This document shows, piece by piece, positions 1 through 13,222 of a DNA stretch of 64,000 nt. The DNA is from Eledone cirrhosa (Eukaryota). The stretch's first letter is position 1; each line of letters begins with the position of its first letter. The stretch spans positions 319,858,001-319,922,000 of the forward strand of contig OZ024740.1 in NCBI GenBank assembly GCA_964016885.1, given 5' to 3'. The position numbers and the translations under genes were made by a program. Below the pieces are notes generated by a model. The model saw nothing but the letters and a program-made list of their open reading frames with translations. It ran no database searches and was not told where the DNA came from.

Positions 1-1125
1 AGTAGTGGACAATTGAGACCTTTAAATATTATATAAAAACAGATTATATAAAATAAATATATAAGGATTCACTTATATAATATAATGTATACTAACACAT
101 AAAATTTAATTAATAGGATATATAAACAACTAACACTAGATTATATATTTTTCTGTTATACATAAATAAATCTTCAATTACCTCCCTTTTCGCATTAGCT
201 CCCTGTAGTGAAAATCTCCAATCACTTCTTTGAATTTAAACCGTTAGGCATCACCACACCAGCTCGAAAAATTAACATCTGACTATATAAAAGAAATCAC
301 TTCAGAACAACTCTAACCCTTAATCACTTTTATAATAAAGGCATTATACAATCCATAATTGTATCTATTGAAAATATTTAAAAATATTTCTTAAATATAA
401 CCAATGAAATGGAAAAATCTATACTCACAACACATCTACATTTAAACATTACCAGAATAATTATCACATCACATCCACCATAAACTCACATAGAAACTGT
501 TTTAACAATAATTATCTTGCTACATATACATATCTTAACACTACATAACATTTTTTGTACTACACAACAGCTTCATTTCTGCTTGGATTGCTTATTTAAT
601 TATGTATCTGATCCACTCTCAAAGCATCCACTCTCAACGAAACTTTGTATATGTATATTACACAATTTGCTTCACAATTTTCACCTTATATCCTACCCAT
701 GCATTCCTGACTGCTTAATATGTTCATTCTATTACACCTATATTTTGTGATATTTTTGCCATATTATGCTGTATATGCTTAATACTTCTGCATTCTTTGC
801 CATATTATGCTGTATATGCTTAATACCCCTGAATTCTTACTGCCTATATGCTTATGTACCACTAATGTCCTCCTTTGCGAGTAACCTTCTTTTCTACTCT
901 TTACTATACGTTTTGTTGCAGACCACAACATCTTCACTCACTTTGAATATGACACTATTGATAGCAACAATAGTATCAACGTATCTTTATGACTGTTCTG
1001 TAGAATAGGAATTTATTTATGTGTTTAAACTTTGCCAATGCTCCGATGATTCCAAACAACTGTTTGGAAGAAACGATTGTCAGCAATAAAATGTATTAAA
1101 CAAAGATTTGATTGTTCTCTACTTT
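1..1125 (+). mobile_element. Decayed Penelope-like element 3' portion ending in a minimal hammerhead, next to a (TA)n/(TG)n tract
   Basis: A/C-rich decayed coding-like sequence, then a pyrimidine-rich UTR, an HHR at 1039-1085, AATAAA and a microsatellite. Protein homology is not clearly readable. Confidence 0.45.
1039..1085 (+). ncRNA. Minimal type I hammerhead ribozyme (U4C core variant)
   Basis: tgct-CCGATGA-ttccaaac(aact)gtttggaa-GAAAC-gatt-GTC-agca: 4-bp stem I, 8-bp stem II, GUC site. Confidence 0.65.
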
Positions 1126-1141
1126 ATAATTATATATATAT

Positions 1142-1277
<136 letters not shown>

Positions 1278-1499
1278 GGGTATTCGGCAAACTCATATAT
1301 ATTGTAGGTGATGTTACACCTCATATTTCATCGTTTTTTCCGACTGGAGGCCAAATTCGTTGAAAACCACAAAAACAAAAAAAAAAAAAAAAAAAAAAGG
1401 AAAATTTGTAACACGAGATGGATATAATTGTAAGAATTTACCAATTCAACAACACACCACCTTGCTGGCATATAACTCTTATTAACTATAAGGAAATGA

Positions 1500-4400
1500 A
1501 AATATATAAGCAATTCTAACAGAGCGCCGAATTTAAACCATCGTGGGTGTGGGGTGGGGCACCAGGCCAGATGTGCTCCCTCCTTACACAAACAATTTAA
1601 TACACAGCAAAGCCATAAAATTACATATCACCCTTGTTTATTGCACGTAATTGGAATTGACAAGTTATACATATATATAAATGCAAAAACTGACCAGTAA
1701 TACATAAATGCAATATGGAAATATACATAATATATACGGAATAGGTAAATGTTATAAATAAATGTATTGACATGTTAGTTACAACGCTGCCACAAAGATT
1801 TTAGCTTAAGCTAAAACGTATCAAATCCACCATAATAAGGTTAAACGCATCTACCAATACAAGACGTTATCTAAACTAAGTACAGTGTCATATCTACTTA
1901 TAGCGATATGTATCACTACAATGCCTACAAAACGTCTTTCTTTCCACATTTGAAAAATCTTCAATGAACTCATCAATCAGAATCATCTTCAGAACACTGC
2001 TGTCTACATCCTGTAAGCAGAGAGTACTTAGTATTTTGTTGGTCATAATGATTCTCAGCTAAATCTTTATGGGTGATAATTTGCTCAATTATCTCACTTA
2101 CAAACTATGAAGCTCAAATATATTATAAGAACTACATCAACACCTGGAAAGGTATCAGCAATCCATTCAGCATGGAGTAACACAGCCTGTTGAGATGTCC
2201 TGAGATATGACCTGAGTTTTGGATAGGCTACAAAATGGACAAATTCTTCCACCACCACATAACTAAACTCCCGGGACAGTTCTTATCTCTGCATCAGATA
2301 CACTACATAATTTCACTGTGGCTTTGACTTATGCACTAATTCATAGGCTAGCCTGTATTTTTGTAAGACGACACTCAACTGATCTAAAATAATATTAATG
2401 CATTAAATGTCTTGCATCTGAGTTTGTCTCCTGGGAAACGAACAGTTTCTTCTCAGACTCATCTTGGATTTGCATTGCCATGAAAATGAAAAGCAGACTG
2501 TATGATGCATGTATACAATTCCCTAAAAAATAAAGCAGACTTTATGATACTTGTATACGATTCCCTCAAAATAAAAAGCAGACTGTATGGTGCATATATA
2601 CGAACAGAAATGCTGCGCAGCAGCGAGACATGGGCACTGTGTGCTGAGGACCTGCGAAGATTGGAAAGAAATGAAGCCTCCATGCTTCGCTGGATATGCA
2701 ATAGCAATACACGGCAGAGTATAAATGTACTGAGTGAGAAATTAGGCATAAGAGACATCAGTTACCGCGTGCAGGATAGGAGATTGCGTTGATATGGACA
2801 TATAATGCGTATGAAGAATGACAGCTGTATAAAAAGGGGCAAAGCGCTCAAAGCTGACGGTAGTCGGAGAGTGGGCAGGTCTAGGAAGACTTGGGATGAG
2901 GTAATAAAGCTGACCTTGCACAATTACACCTATTAAAGGCAATGACACAAAGGCATTTACCTAGTAGGCAACACCTTCCTCAACCTTTTCCCCCCTCATA
3001 CACCTATATCCATAACTTCTCCAAGCTTCCTCCCCCTCCCTAGTTCCAAGACAAAAGTGCCCAGTCCCCACTGTAAAGTAGTCGTGTAGGTGTCACGACA
3101 AAAGGTACCCAGCCCACACTGTAAAGTGGTTGTGTAAAAGACACAGCAAAAAGCACCCAGCACACACTGTAAATGTGGTTGGTGTTAGGAAGGGCATCCA
3201 GCCGTAGAAAACCAGCTAGAAACAGTCCTATATGAGCGAGACACGGTCACCCGACCCAACTTGTCTCTAAATGGGATAAACCCTTCTAACACATGCTAGC
3301 GTGAGTGGAAAATAGACGTTAAACAATAATGATAATGATGATGATGATGTTTGCCTACCTGTTGTTGCTTTCTAGTTGGTGAAGATTCAGAAGCTCTTGG
3401 CTTTCAGTTTTAACACTTCATATCTCCCCTGAAAGGATTTTAGCAACTTTTCTAGCGAATCAGTTTGATCAATCACTCTATTCAGGTCAACTTCAAATCC
3501 TTGAAAATCTTTGTGCCTTTCAATTGCACACCTATTAAATTCCATATCTTGGCATTCAAAGCAATTTCCACACACTCAACTTTGTCTGCCAATGTTTGTG
3601 CTTCACGTGTTTATTCCAAGTCACTTTCATTATCTCGGAGATTTTTAAATGTAGTCACATTTATTTTAAATGTAGTCGCATCCATCTACGAGGGCTTCAG
3701 CTCTTCCTGACCAATGTGTGTTTGATATACACTTCACAATTATTGCTCTTTTCATACCTTCATTAGATTTTTCCCAGCCTATGTATGAAGCCAAAATAAT
3801 TGACAGCTTCATTACAGCATGAGGGAATAGCCTGTTCAACTAGATTAAATGGGTTAGTAGAAAAATGGAAAGAAAAATAAACATGTGACCAGACATATTA
3901 CTGGCAATGTCATAAGACTACCCTGTGTAGTCTTTAAAATTAATCCCATCATCTTTTGAAAATTATAGCAGAGAAATAGCTAGTACTTCAGCCTTGTGAG
4001 AGTCAGCCTGCTGGAAAGTCAAATACTTTTCTACCAGCTTCCTAGAAACAACATATCGCACAATAACTATAAACTGATCAACATGGGTCAAATCAGCTAT
4101 CAAATCAACTAAAACTACCATATTTGATGGTATATAGTACCCTCTGTCAGCAGAGAATATTTAGAAAAATCATTAGTCTACCAGATATCTAAGCTTTGTA
4201 TATAAGACCCATGTTACTTTTTGAGCCATGTTAGTGGGGAATGGAGTCTTATAATCTATCAAATCTGGTACTTGGGAGTTTGAATTTCTGCCACATAATT
4301 CTTGCTATCAACAGAACAATTTCTTCTTCACAGATTATTGATGATAAATATGACTGCTTATCATTTCCAAGGTTGCCAAATCCTTTCTAGTGTTTCATCA

Positions 4401-4720
4401 GAAATTAATCAAATTGTACAATAAGTTCCATAATTCCTATAAAAAAATGCCCATTATGTTTAGATCGTATTTCTTCACTGCCTATAAATCCTATGCCGCT
4501 TTCAGTGAGAATTATTGTCAGAACCACAACATTCAGTCGAGTATTTCTTCTTTCGCCCAGGGTGGGAAACCCTGACATATGTGGTATCATACAGATTATT
4601 AATATTAAGAAAAGGGTGAGACTCGCTATCACATATTCAACACCAGTTTATTTCATTACATCATCCCGTTATGCACATTTCAAAGGCATCAAATATTTAT
4701 TCCCTGCGTCACCGTCAGAC
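1500..4720 (-). mobile_element. Decayed hAT (Blackjack/Tip100-like, ZMYM1-type) transposon remnant, interrupted by an RTE fragment
   Basis: The minus strand reads NGHFFIGIMELIVQFD*FLMKH*KGFGNLGNDKQSYLSSIICEE (about 4320-4460, DUF4371-like) and IADTFPGVDVVLIIYLSF (about 2105-2165, hAT dimerisation-like). Many stops; ends approximate. Confidence 0.7.
2560..3349 (+). mobile_element. RTE-clade LINE 3' fragment with 3'UTR and (TGA)n tail
   Basis: KSRLYGAYIRTEMLRSSETWALCAEDLRRLERNEASMLRWIC...RRLR, then GHIMRM...RVGRSRKTWDEV; tail atgatgatgatg. Confidence 0.85.
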
Positions 4721-5859
4721 AGGAGGTCAAATGTAAATAAAAATAAAAATTTTTATTGTTTTTTATATGCATGCCACTGAAGAGTTGTTTACATTTCAAC
4801 AGGCAACAAGCATATATTATACTGCAAGTCGGGGAAGAGGGAAGTGTGAGCTATAACATTGGTAGCAGTGGATGGCGGGGGAATGTTATAACACTAAAAT
4901 GAGTCAGGCTATTCAATCTATAGTCAATCGTTCTGGTTCCTAGAGGGTCGTAAAACAATTGATTAATATATTTAATATCATCATCGGATAGTCCCCAGCG
5001 GGTGACAAAAGTCGTCTTACCCCTAACGCTCACATGTTAGCGTCGATTGGTCTACTACAGAGAATTCTCATATATCAAAGCTGATTTAGAGAGGAAAGAG
5101 AGGGTGGGTTTAAGCTAAAGCTTACGAGTGTTGCTAAACGTGTGTGTGCGATCTAGATCTAAGTGTAGTAGGTTCGCGTTAACGTAGCCAAGTGCGCGCG
5201 TGCATGGCTCTAATGCAGTAGTATGTGGAGGTACACGTGACCAAAAGATTACCCACAAGCACATAACGCCGGCTGAGTGCGTTCAGTCAATGTAGAGGTA
5301 TGAGAGTGGAGGATAAATGATGTAGTCTGCCAACTGTGTATGTGTATAGTAGTGTGTGTGTACATGTAGTGTGGTGTAATGTGTTGTAGTTGGGAAATGG
5401 AAAGATGATGCAATTAAGTAAATGTTACCAAAGGAAATAGAACATCCAGGGTGAAAACGTGACGTTGTTCCTTGTGACAACGACAATCAAAGGAGCCGTG
5501 TTTTAAAAGAACACCATAGACTGAGAGGTCAGAACTAGTGTGAGCAGGTGAGTTGAAAAGATGAGCAACATAGGTATGATGCTACTTGAGTGGATGTCCC
5601 TTAGAGGTTCGGTGAAAAGGTCAGCTAAACTGCGACCGGTTTCTTCAAACGTAAAACCACAGAAAAGACATGGAAACTGCGAAATACGACGACTGGGGTC
5701 TGATGACGTCCGTCGGACCTATACAAGCAATTGGGGTGGTTGATTGTTTTACTCGGAAGACAGGGGTGTAGTTTTGAGGGACACATGGCAGGTGGAGTTG
5801 ATGGCAGGGTTTTAATTTTTGCGTGTTTAATTTCGTGGAGGGCGTGGTTTTGGTTTATA

Positions 5860-6108
5860 CAGTGGAACCTCGGACTACAAACGCCTCGCATCTCGAACAA
5901 ATCGGTTCATAAAAATTTTTTCCGAACAAAATATATCTTGGTTGACGAATGGTGCCACGAATAACGAACACGCATGCCGGCAACAGTTGGCGGCAAGCTG
6001 GGAGTATCGGCGGGAAAGCGAGACTTGCTGTGTAATTAGTTACTATGGTGATATCTTTCTGTATTTCACACAGTCTCTCACTGTATTTCTCTCTCAACAT
6101 TTCGTATG

Positions 6109-6140
<32 letters not shown>

Positions 6141-6216
6141 ACTTTCGGTTTACGAACATTTAGGATGACGAACGTGCTTCTGGCACAAAATAAGTTCGTG
6201 AACCGAGGTTCCACTG
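5860..6216. mobile_element. Tigger/pogo-type MITE
   Basis: TIR CAGTGGAACCTCGG / CCGAGGTTCCACTG, flanked by TA on both sides. Confidence 0.9.
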
Positions 6217-6318
6217 TATATGTTTAAGTCAATACTCATCTTTTTCCATTTCTTAGAGGGTTCTAACCCCCAATATCAGGCTAAAATTTGTTTAGCCAAA
6301 ATACGATGAAAGCTTTTA

Positions 6319-6349
<31 letters not shown>

Positions 6350-6354
6350 CCTCC

Positions 6355-6557
6355 GTTGACATTGCACTCAGTACTCCTTTGGGAGCCCCTACATGGACAC
6401 ACTAGAAGAGGAAGACCAAGGTTAACGTATGTTGATGCCCTAAGGACAGACACTGGTCTGTTGGAGATGCAGGATATGGCAGCGATAATGAGGTACAGAG
6501 ACCGCTGGAGAGAACTCGTCCATGGATCTCGGGAATTTTACCCGCCTTAGATAGATA
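6355..6557 (+). mobile_element. RTE LINE 3' end
   Basis: LHSVLLWEPLHGHTRRGRPRLTYVDALRTDTGL...RDRWRELV with an (AGAT) tail; second copy at 29452-29700. Confidence 0.85.
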
Positions 6558-6633
6558 TCCTCCGTCTTTCTCTCTTTCTGTTGCGATTTCGTTGAGGATA
6601 TACGTGGATACCTAACTGCATCGTTATTGAAGT

Positions 6634-6820
6634 GGATTGGCAGAATCGGTAGAGTCGGACACCATGCTTTGAAGCATAGAGTTACGTCCCTTTATGATCT
6701 GAAATCAAATCCCGCCGAGGTTAACTTTGCCTTTCATCCTTACGGGGTCGATAAAATAAATGTACTAGTAATGTACTAGTTAATTGCTGGCCTTGTGCCT
6801 AAAGGATAAACAATTATTAT
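6634..6820 (+). mobile_element. tRNA-derived SINE (octopus OK-like family)
   Basis: A box TGGCAGAATCGG, B-box-like TCAAATCC, conserved CTTTGCCTTTCATCCTTACGGGGTCGATAAAATAA body. Related copies at about 16420, 17820(-), 33760, 35530, 39980(-), 40890, 46815(-), 47530(-), 54680(-), 55085, 55262, 56035, 62720(-) and 63095(-). Confidence 0.85.
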
Positions 6821-6888
6821 TGACCCGGGCTTAAACTAAACAGCTTTTTTTAACTTGATCTCCATTCTCTCGGTTACTTGCTTACATA

Positions 6889-7078
6889 TACCATTGTACC
6901 GTGATCCTCCTTCCTTACATGTACCATTGTACCGTAATCCTCCTTCCTTACATGTACCATTGTACCGTGATCCTCCTTCCTTACACGTACCATTGTACCG
7001 TGATCCTCCTTCCTTACATGTACCATTGTACCGTGATCCTCCTTCCTTACATGTACCATTGTACCGTGATCCTCCTTC
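6889..7078. repeat. 33-bp minisatellite, about 5.8 copies
   Basis: Unit TACCATTGTACCGTGATCCTCCTTCCTTACATG. Confidence 0.95.
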
Positions 7079-7323
7079 TATCGGTAGATGTTTTTTCCAT
7101 TTTTTCTTTTTTCTTTTTTTCCCTTTTTTTTTCCTTGTCTACCTTTTTTCTTCTCTCTTCTTTTCTCTCCCTGCATCATGGCCTTCTGATAGATAAAAGA
7201 CTATGGGCATGCTACATCCGTGATCCGTAGTCAACTACTGACTAATGGAGATTGTCCACCTCTTGCTTTTGTCTCCTTACTTTCTAACAGCCGTTATCAG
7301 TAACCACAGCCCTCCTCTCATCC

Positions 7324-7417
<94 letters not shown>

Positions 7418-7812
7418 CGAGGGTAATCCCAAAAGTAAGGTCTCCAAAGTGATGGGGGCGCAGAGAAACTGTTCGTACGGCTGTTGGCAACACTGTTGTG
7501 GTTGGTGCTTCCTTAACTCCCAAAACAAGCATGCGCGCGCTTCGCTGGGATGCTCAATCTTGGCTTGGCAGCCGTTGAGAATGGAGCTCCCGTTGAACGC
7601 TACCACCAAGTGCGAATTTCGCGCAGTTATTATATACGAGAGCAATCCCAAAAGTAAGGTCTCCTTCCAAGGAAAACATGCGTAAAGATCGGTGGATTAC
7701 TCTGGATGCTCTCTGCATTTTGGTTCCTGAGGTTTCCCGAAGCACCATCCACGGGATTTTAACGGAAAAGTTGCAATATCGGAAGGAGACCTTACTTTTG
7801 GGATTGCCCTCG
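7418..7812 (+). mobile_element. Non-autonomous mariner derivative with a duplicated left TIR
   Basis: TIR CGAGGG(T/C)AATCCCAAAAGTAAGGTCTCC at 7418, again at about 7637, inverted at 7785-7812; TA flanks; transposase-like remnants KCEFRAVI and EVSRSTIHGILTEKLQYRK. Confidence 0.85.
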
Positions 7813-7828
7813 TATATATATATATATA

Positions 7829-7990
7829 TAACGAAGGAAATGTGGTAAGGAACCAGATGGACCATAACGACCCAAAGTACTCAATACTTAGGGTAGTAGA
7901 GTGGGTAATAGGAACAAGTATGACCCCGACGGCAGAGCTCAAGCCGTTTCGACGACTAATTCTGGACGGCTAATACGGGGTCATACTTTT

Positions 7991-7995
<5 letters not shown>
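7829..7995 (-). mobile_element. Solo 3' end of the PLE family at 23387-25830, within (TA)n
   Basis: Near-identical to 23387-23525; further copies at 19231-19365, 29228-29414 and 52417-52604. Confidence 0.8.
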
Positions 7996-8077
<82 letters not shown>

Positions 8078-8248
8078 AGTTAATATAAATTAATATATAT
8101 GATAAACACTAATACAATCATATAGGTGTTTGCATTGTAAATTACCAAGTTAGCTAGATTGAAAAATACTAATTAGATTAATAAAGTTTGCCTGTCTCGA
8201 TTTAAAATAATAAATCAATAAAAACAAACCCATATTGGCAATAGCCGT

Positions 8249-8378
8249 GGTACTTGGACAAATTTAAATTTCAAAATCCAAACCTGTTCCGTAGATAAGT
8301 TTAAACTTCAAAACGCAAATAAGTTTCGATAATTGAAAAAGTGAAAAATTCCATCTTCTGCTCTCATCAGCAAGTACC
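8249..8378 (-). ncRNA. Type I hammerhead with long loops 2 and 3
   Basis: ggtacttg-CTGATGA...tc-GAAAC-(about 60 nt)-GTC-caagtacc. Confidence 0.65.
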
Positions 8379-8782
8379 CAGAAAATTGGTATGTTTCACC
8401 TCAAAATATTTAGGAGAACTGATTGACGCACATGGTTTTTCAGCGTCTAGCTATCTCATACTCGTGCTGCTAGAAATAACAGCCGTTTTTATGGGATTAA
8501 AAATTAGCTCAACAAAAGGAGCCGTTATACTATATATATAGAGTTATAAACTCAAACAGTCTTTTACAATTAATTAGCTCAAAGAAAGAAGTATTTCTGA
8601 GCCGTGAAATACAAGTTAATATAAATTAATATATGATAAACACTAATACAATCATATAAGTGTTTGTATTGCAAATGACCAAGTTAGCTAGATTGAAAAA
8701 TACTAATTAGATTAATACAGTTTGCCTGTCTCGATTTAAAATAATAAATCAATAAAGACAAACCCATATTGGCAATGGCCGT

Positions 8783-8917
8783 GATACCTGGACAAATTTA
8801 AATTTCAAAATCCAAACCTGTTCCGTAGACAAGTTTAAATTTCAAAACCCAAATAAGTTTCGTAACGATAAGTGAAAAAGTGAAAAATTCCATTTTCTGT
8901 ATTCATCAGCAGGTATC
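8783..8917 (-). ncRNA. Type I hammerhead, second copy with compensatory stem I
   Basis: gatacctg-CTGATGA...GAAAC...GTC-caggtatc; two base pairs covary with the first copy. Confidence 0.65.
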
Positions 8918-9448
8918 CAGAAGAATTGGTATGTTTCACCTCGAAATATTTAGGAGGACTGATAGTCAAGTGTTAACGCACATGGTTTTTCAGCTCCTAG
9001 CTATCCCCATACTCATGCTGCTAGAAATAACAGCCGTTTTTATGGGATTAAAAATTAGCTCAACAAAAGGAGCCGTTATACTATATATATAGAGTTATAA
9101 ACTCAAACAGTCTTTTACAATTAATTAGCTCAAAGAAAGAAGTATTTCTGAGCCGTGAAATACAAGTTAATATAAATTAATATATATGATAAACACTAAT
9201 ACAATCATATAAGTGTTTGCATTGTAAATGACCAAGTTAGCTAGATTGAAAAATACTAATTAGATTAATACAGTTTGCCTGTCTCGATTTAAAATAATAA
9301 ATCAATAAAAACAAACCCATATTGGCAATGGCCGTGGTACTTGGACAAATTTAAATTTCAAAATACAAATATGTATATATACATATATATATACATACAT
9401 ACATACATACATACATACATACATACATACAAATATATATATACATAC

Positions 9449-9497
<49 letters not shown>

Positions 9498-9704
9498 GTT
9501 TAATATAGAAATGGCTTCTACAGGACTAGAACTGTTTCATTCAAAATAAATCATCAGGAAATGTATTGAGTACCCTACTAGCTGTGGTTACTCCCGTAGT
9601 AAAAGACCCTTGCCCATGTATATGTGTGTTTGTGTGTGTGTGTGTGTGTGCGTATGTGTACTTTATATACATATATAGAATTTATTTTATATATCTGTAT
9701 ATCT

Positions 9705-12700
9705 GTCTACCATGGACATTGTGCAGCCTGGTCTCCAAGAAGTGAGGAGGTAAGTGAATTCTTTCCTCTTCATTTCTAACTCTTCCTCACCAACATGGCC
9801 GATATAAAAGTTGGATGTGTGAATGTGCGCGGCTTGGTGATGCCCTGCAAACTCTTAAACGACCTCAGGTCGCACAGTATGGATGTAATTGCTATCTGTG
9901 AGTCCAGGATCCACAGCGAGCGACAGCTGGCTCACATCTACGATGATTATGAGATCTACGTATCTCTATGTCAGCCTGGAGGTGGGGGCGGGGTTGCCGT
10001 TTTGCTGGAAACAACTGGGCCTCGTAACACAGACGGTACATCTGGACCCGGAGGGTCGACTGGTGGTCCTAGACGTTGGCGGTAGTGAAGATGGAGCCTT
10101 CAGGCTGGTGGCCGCATATACCCCATCCAGGACTCCGCGGCCAGACTTCTTCAAACGTCTAGAGACTTTTCTGGGGACGTCCCGCTCCTTGCTTTTAGTG
10201 GGTGACTGGAATGGAATCCTAGATGCACGTTGGGACTATGTGGGAGCATGTTCCGATAAAGGGTGGGGGGGGGGGGGGGTTGTAACAGCCTCAAACAGTT
10301 AATCGGCCGATTTGACCTGGCCGATAGATATCGACTAGATTTTCCGATTGTGTCACTGTGGACGTGGACTAATCTTAGCGGAACATCTAGATCGTACCTA
10401 GATAGGGTTCTAGTTAGAAATAAGGATAGGGACGTGTTAAGATGTCCACAAATGTTCATGGTTTCCTATTCAGATCACAAACTAGTGACCTGCATGGTCA
10501 ACCTTGATAGAACCCATAGACAAGGACCCGGCTACTGGAAGCTGAACTTGTCGTTACCGTCATGCAAAGCCTACAGTAGACGGATTAGCACTTTACTTAA
10601 ACAGCACTTGACATTGTCAACAACAGATGGTGGTACTCTCTCAAGAGGGCAGTTAGATTAGACTCCTTAGTTTTTAGTAAAGAATTAGCGTTAGATAGAA
10701 ATAGGACCGAGAAGGAACTGGTAGATAAAATAGAAGAGGCAATTAGAAGTGGCAACGTAGCCAGCGTGCTAGCAACGAGAACGGCCTTGGACCAGTTCTT
10801 CGACGCAAAGCACGAGGGCTGCGTTGTCAGAAGCAAAATACGTGCTCTGGGTAATGAGGGAGCCAAAGCTGTTAGCTGGGCCCGGATGACGGAGGCGAAA
10901 AGTGGCAACAAGTCCACGATTCGGTCTTTGAAGGACCAGGGGATACGTGATACGTGAGCCGAAGCAGATGTGCGCGGCCTTTCAGCGGCACTTTTCTCAG
11001 CTGTTCGGGCAGGGCGACGCGCCGGGAGGGGCTATGGATTTCGGTCCATACCTCAATGGCCTGCCGCGACTCTCGGACAGCGAAGCGAAGTTCTGCGAAA
11101 GGCCGATTTCAGCCGCTGAGCCAATGCGGCAAGCGCAAATCTCCAGGTCTCGACGATCTATCCTACGAATTTTACGTAGCAATGTCGGACATGTTCTCTG
11201 TTCTCCTGGAAGCGCTCTACTGCAACTGGCAGCAGAACGGGAGAATTCCCAGTTCTGTGACCAGGGGCGTAGTCACGCAAGTCGGCACCTTACTGAAGGA
11301 ATACGAAAGGTTCACAGGAGCGAAGCTGAACCGGGACAAGTCCATCGGTTTGCAACTCGGATCGCGGAGAGGCAAACCGATGTCTTCCGATGGCGTGGAC
11401 GGAAGGACCGGTAAAGCTGCTCGGGGTCTGGTTCGGTCCGGACCTCCAGGTGGAGAAGAACTGGAACGAGGTGACGGCCAAGGTGTTTGCAGAAGTGGGC
11501 CGAGTGCAAACTATCCTTGAAAGGTCGAGCGGGGGTGGCGAACACTTTTATAGCGTCCGTCATCTACTACCGCTTGACCGTCGTGCCTTGTCCAACCAAA
11601 ACGCTCGCCAAAATGGAGCGCGCGCTCTTCCAATTCCTTTGGAAGAAGCGGGCTGCTTTGGTGAGAAGATCCATCTGCTGCCAACACCCTTCCAACGGAG
11701 GGCTGGGGATGCCGTGGCTGACGATACGCAAACACGCGCTCAGACTGCGACATCTCTACGTATTGCTCACTGGACAACCGGTGTGGGCCCCGTTCGTTCG
11801 TGAGGCGAGCCTTCCCACGACTCGTCTCCCTGACCGAGCTGCAGTCCTGGGTCAAGCAAAGACCGAGCAAAATGGGAGACTGGCACATCGAATGTGCTCA
11901 GGCGCTCACAGCCCTCTGGCAGGCGGACCCAGCGATAAGTGGAGACTCCACTTCGTCATTCTATAGAGGATCCGCAGCAAGTGCGACGACGCGCTCGGAG
12001 AAACTCTAGGCGTAGAGGAAGACGAACTGGCCAGTCTGTTCGGTAGGACCTTCCGCCCGGGACCGATGGACAACTTCCAAAAGTCCCTGGTCTGGCAGTG
12101 CTACCGAGGAGCTCTACCAGTTCGAGACAAACTCTACAGACATGGGTGCCCGGGCAGAGACCCTTCGAAAAAGATCTGTGCGAGATGCGTGCGAGACGAA
12201 GAGACCGTCGCGCACGCATTCATACACTGCCCGGGCGTTACAGACCTGTGGGGCTATGTAGAACGACTATTGTCGTGGGTGGGATCAATCCGGTTAACCA
12301 CCGTGTCCACTGTCATGATCAAACCGCCACCCTCCTTCAAAAACGAAGTAGAGGCGGTTTTCCTTTGTGTGATAGCTATGGCGAAAGAGGTTGTATGGTG
12401 GACGAGGTTAAAAGGGCTGAGGTTAGACACCTTTCTCTCCGGCCAACAACTGATTCTTTTTTTCAAATACCACTTTGGAAGAAGAATCAGGATGGAGAGA
12501 GAGGTACTGTACCCCAGCAAGTTTTATGAAAGGTGGGTGAAAGTGGCGAGAATGGCCCGAGTGAATGGGCCTTCTCTCTATATCAGCCTGTAGGTTGAGG
12601 AAAAAGAGGAAGAGAGGAAAGGGGTACAAACACTTCGTACTCCTGGAGATGAGGGTTGCACATTTTCCGGGGGTATGTGTTACCCATATGAAATGTCTCC

Positions 12701-12830
12701 CCCTATTGGGAAAATCGATTAATTTTTAAATTGCATTTGTGATAGTATTTTACACGTTTTTATTGTATGTAAACTTCTCCCTTTGTATTTGTCTCCTTCT
12801 TGTGTGCCCCTGTGGCTAATAAAGAAACAT
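9705..12830 (+). mobile_element. L1-group Tx1-clade LINE ORF2 remnant (APE endonuclease, RT with internal deletion, C-terminal zinc finger) plus 3'UTR
   Basis: APE motifs NVRGL, ICES, GDWN, YLDRVLV, SDHK, GPGYWKLN; RT start KSPGLDDLSYEFY; GAKLNRDKS; GGLGMP; CARC..ETVAHAFIHC; AATAAA at 12818; frameshifted. Confidence 0.92.
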
Positions 12831-13161
12831 ATCTTATGTATACTTGTAAATATATGGATAGATTCATGTTTATTTACACAAAACTGATTGCTAGAGGGTG
12901 GGAGGTGGTGTGGAGACAAAAACAGACAGAAAGAAAGAAATGACAGAAGACTTATAGAGGATGATAAAATATGAGACAGGGAGGGAAGGAGGGGACGAAC
13001 GAGCAAGGGTGTCTTTGTGTGTGTGTGCGAGAGAGAGAGAGTGTGTGTGTGTGAGTCTGTGTGTGTGTGTGTGATTGGAAGTGAGAGAAAGAGAGAGAGA
13101 GAAAGAGAGAGAAAAAGAGAAAGAAAGACAGAGAAGAAGAGAGAACAAGAGAGAGGGAGGG

Positions 13162-13222
<61 letters not shown>

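Larger units (their letters stand above)
8074..9370 (-). repeat. Tandem repeat of about 535-550 bp (about 2.4 copies) carrying a hammerhead; retrozyme/pLTR-like
   Basis: Unit starts TACAAGTTAATATAAATT at about 8074, 8610 and 9161; HHRs at 8249-8378 and 8783-8917. Confidence 0.85.

Noticed and set aside
6889-7078. CRISPR-like 33-bp repeats
   Set aside because: No spacers and a eukaryotic context; a plain minisatellite
9515-9562. HHR-like CTGATGA..GAAAC on the minus strand (sister at about 35330-35370)
   Set aside because: No convincing stem I; not counted as a ribozyme
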